Source: Ignavibacteriota bacterium (GTDB lineage: Bacteria; Bacteroidota; Ignavibacteria; UBA10030; CAVZMI01). Taken from it: 64,000 nt of DNA. This document shows, piece after piece, positions 61,027 to 64,000 of this stretch. The notes under the pieces were generated by a model. The model saw only the letters and a program-made list of their open reading frames with translations. It ran no database searches and was not told where the DNA came from. The stretch's first letter is position 1. Each line of letters opens with the position of its first letter. The stretch is taken from positions 32,001 to 96,000 of the forward strand of contig CAVZMI010000032.1 in assembly GCA_963776275.1 (NCBI GenBank), written 5' to 3'. Position numbers and translations under genes: made by a program.

Positions 61027-62262
61027 CTACTTGCGGTAATTCGTATCAACCAGTATCAAATGGCCTAATTTATCGCGTTTCGTTTTGAGATACCGCTCAT
61101 TAGTTGCATTCGGTTCGATCTCGAGAGGAACACGCTCCACAATCTCCAGACCGTAGCCGGTAAGTCCCACAATCTTTTTCGGGTTGTTTGTCAACAGCTT
61201 CATCTTCCCCACACCAAGATCATGAAGGATCTGTGCCCCGATGCCGTAATCACGCAAGTCCGGCCGGAAACCGAGTGCTTCGTTGGCCTCGACGGTATCG
61301 AGACCTTCATCCTGTAATTTATATGCCTGCAGTTTGTTCGACAGACCTATCCCTCTCCCCTCCTGACGCATATACACGATCACGCCCGCACCTGTTTTCT
61401 CGATCATTTTCATTGCAGCGACCAATTGATCACTGCAGTCGCATCGTAATGAACCGAAGACGTTGCCGGTCAGACATTCGGAATGAACACGCACCATGAC
61501 GGGAACATCGGGCGATAATTCCCCTTTCGTGAGCGCGATGTGTTCATTTGCATCGGTCTGACTTTTATATAAATGAATATCAAAATTTCCGTACCGTGTT
61601 GGAAGCTTCGCCGAAGCGACACGCGTCACAAGTTTTTCGCGCATCATGCGATATTCGATCAGATCACGGACGGTGATCATTTTCAAATTGAATTTCTTAG
61701 TCAGTTTATGAAGATCGGGAACTCGTGCCATAGCCCCATCGTCGGTGAGGATTTCACAAAGCATTCCTGCGGGATAGAGTCCCGCAAGGCGGCAGAGGTC
61801 AACGACAGCTTCGGTATGTCCTGCGCGGCGAAGGACTCCTCCTTCAGACGCGCGCAGCGGAAAGATATGCCCGGGTCTGGCAAAATCGCTTGGCTTCGAT
61901 TTCGGGTCGATTACTGCACGAACAGTTGCCGAACGATCGTATGCCGATACACCGGTGGTAGTTCCATGAATGAAATCGATTGAAACGGTGAATGAGGTCT
62001 CGTGTAGCGAAGTATTGCTGTCAACCATGTTTCCGAGTCCGAGTTCTTCGCTCCGCTGTTTTGTTAACGGCGTGCAGACGACGCCGCGGCCGTACTTAGT
62101 AAAAAAGTTGATAGTTTCAGGAGTAACAAACTCAGCCGCGATAACAAAATCGCCTTCATTCTCACGATCTTCATCATCGACAACGATAAGGATTTTTCCC
62201 GCTTTCAGATCTTCGATCGCTTCGTGAATCGTATTGAATTCCGATATGTGTTTTTCTTTCAT
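61027..62262 (-). CDS. ribBA: Bifunctional DHBP synthase / GTP cyclohydrolase II
   Basis: [46 protein letters not shown]. Confidence 0.97.
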   Translation of the reverse strand: MKEKHISEFNTIHEAIEDLKAGKILIVVDDEDRENEGDFVIAAEFVTPETINFFTKYGRGVVCTPLTKQRSEELGLGNMVDSNTSLHETSFTVSIDFIHGTTTGVSAYDRSATVRAVIDPKSKPSDFARPGHIFPLRASEGGVLRRAGHTEAVVDLCRLAGLYPAGMLCEILTDDGAMARVPDLHKLTKKFNLKMITVRDLIEYRMMREKLVTRVASAKLPTRYGNFDIHLYKSQTDANEHIALTKGELSPDVPVMVRVHSECLTGNVFGSLRCDCSDQLVAAMKMIEKTGAGVIVYMRQEGRGIGLSNKLQAYKLQDEGLDTVEANEALGFRPDLRDYGIGAQILHDLGVGKMKLLTNNPKKIVGLTGYGLEIVERVPLEIEPNATNERYLKTKRDKLGHLILVDTNYRK

Positions 62263-62325
62263 CCCGAGATCTTCCTCTCCCCTCGATATTCGGTGAACAC
62301 CCAGAGAGAAAATCCCCTCTCCATG

Positions 62326-62670
62326 TTAGTTTATCGGTTTATTATCTTCGCCTTCTCGGAGAATCGTCGAAACCGCACTTCTATCATATTTCACTTTCAC
62401 GTTGTCGGCGATTTGTATGAGCAGAGTTTTTTCCTCAACACCGATCACCGTTCCATATTCTCCGCCGATCGTGACAACTTTATCTCCCTTTTTTACCGAA
62501 TCGAGAAGTCTCTGACGTTCTTTTTGTTTCTTCTGCTGGGGACGTAGAATGAAAAGCCAAAAAATCAGAACCATCGCCCCGAGCATAACGAAGGTCATCA
62601 TGGGGCTGCCGCTACCGCCGCCATTGGGTTGCTGTCCCATGAAGGCCAACAGGTTTACAATTGATATCAA
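62326..62670 (-). CDS. yajC: Preprotein translocase subunit YajC
   Basis: FILRPQQKKQK, KKGDKVVTIGG; follows tgt. Confidence 0.95.
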   Translation of the reverse strand: MISIVNLLAFMGQQPNGGGSGSPMMTFVMLGAMVLIFWLFILRPQQKKQKERQRLLDSVKKGDKVVTIGGEYGTVIGVEEKTLLIQIADNVKVKYDRSAVSTILREGEDNKPIN

Positions 62671-62719
62671 AGGATCCTCCTATATTATGTTATTGAGTAA
62701 TATAATGAATTTTTTAAAT

Positions 62720-63862
<1,143 letters not shown>

Positions 63863-63881
63863 CTAATTAATAAGAAAATTA

Positions 63882-63956
63882 TTCATTCGTGGTTCGACTC
63901 GTCCCAACATACAACGTTGGGACTCGCTCAGCGAAGCCGTACTTTAGTGCACCACA
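63882..63956. repeat. Nested short palindromic elements upstream of tgt
   Basis: gtggttcgactc[gtcccaacatacaacgttgggac]tcgctca...; backbone resembles 44871-44922. Confidence 0.6.
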
Positions 63957-64000
63957 AGGTCTCGACTTACTCGACCCAAGGCTCTGCAACCTGGCTATTT

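Overview
This 64-kb bacterial chromosomal segment most likely comes from an FCB-group organism, Ignavibacteria/Bacteroidota-like (inferred from several YPNPFNP-type T9SS C-terminal sorting domains and a GWxTD protein). Three minus-strand housekeeping blocks (cstA to cdsA at 0.3-9.1 kb; GT9/DUF3108/CPBP at 40-44.4 kb; tgt-yajC-ribBA-greA at 60.4-63.8 kb) enclose two accessory regions. The first (9.4-39.9 kb) is a secreted-protein and beta-mannan/glucan utilisation region: GH5, GH26, GH9, GH13, GH130, cellobiose 2-epimerase, esterases, a GPH transporter, two DUF362-T9SS proteins, and two beta-propeller/Y_Y_Y sensors that lack a kinase and end in a small Cys/His domain. The second (45-60.2 kb) is a mostly co-oriented run of small genes. 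It opens with an integrase-less, integron-like cassette array (46.4-49.6 kb) in which three cassettes are each preceded by a copy of the same 58-65 bp site. That site contains a palindrome and a -10-like hexamer and ends in GTTAGCC. Cognate attC sites are complete only once and otherwise truncated or missing. This repeated attI/promoter-like unit is the best candidate here for an undescribed system. Intergenic regions also carry nested short palindromic elements. About nine frameshifts or premature stops, several in homopolymers, suggest assembly errors. I saw no rRNA, tRNA, CRISPR array, transposase, integrase or reverse transcriptase. All family assignments come from motif recognition, not database searches.
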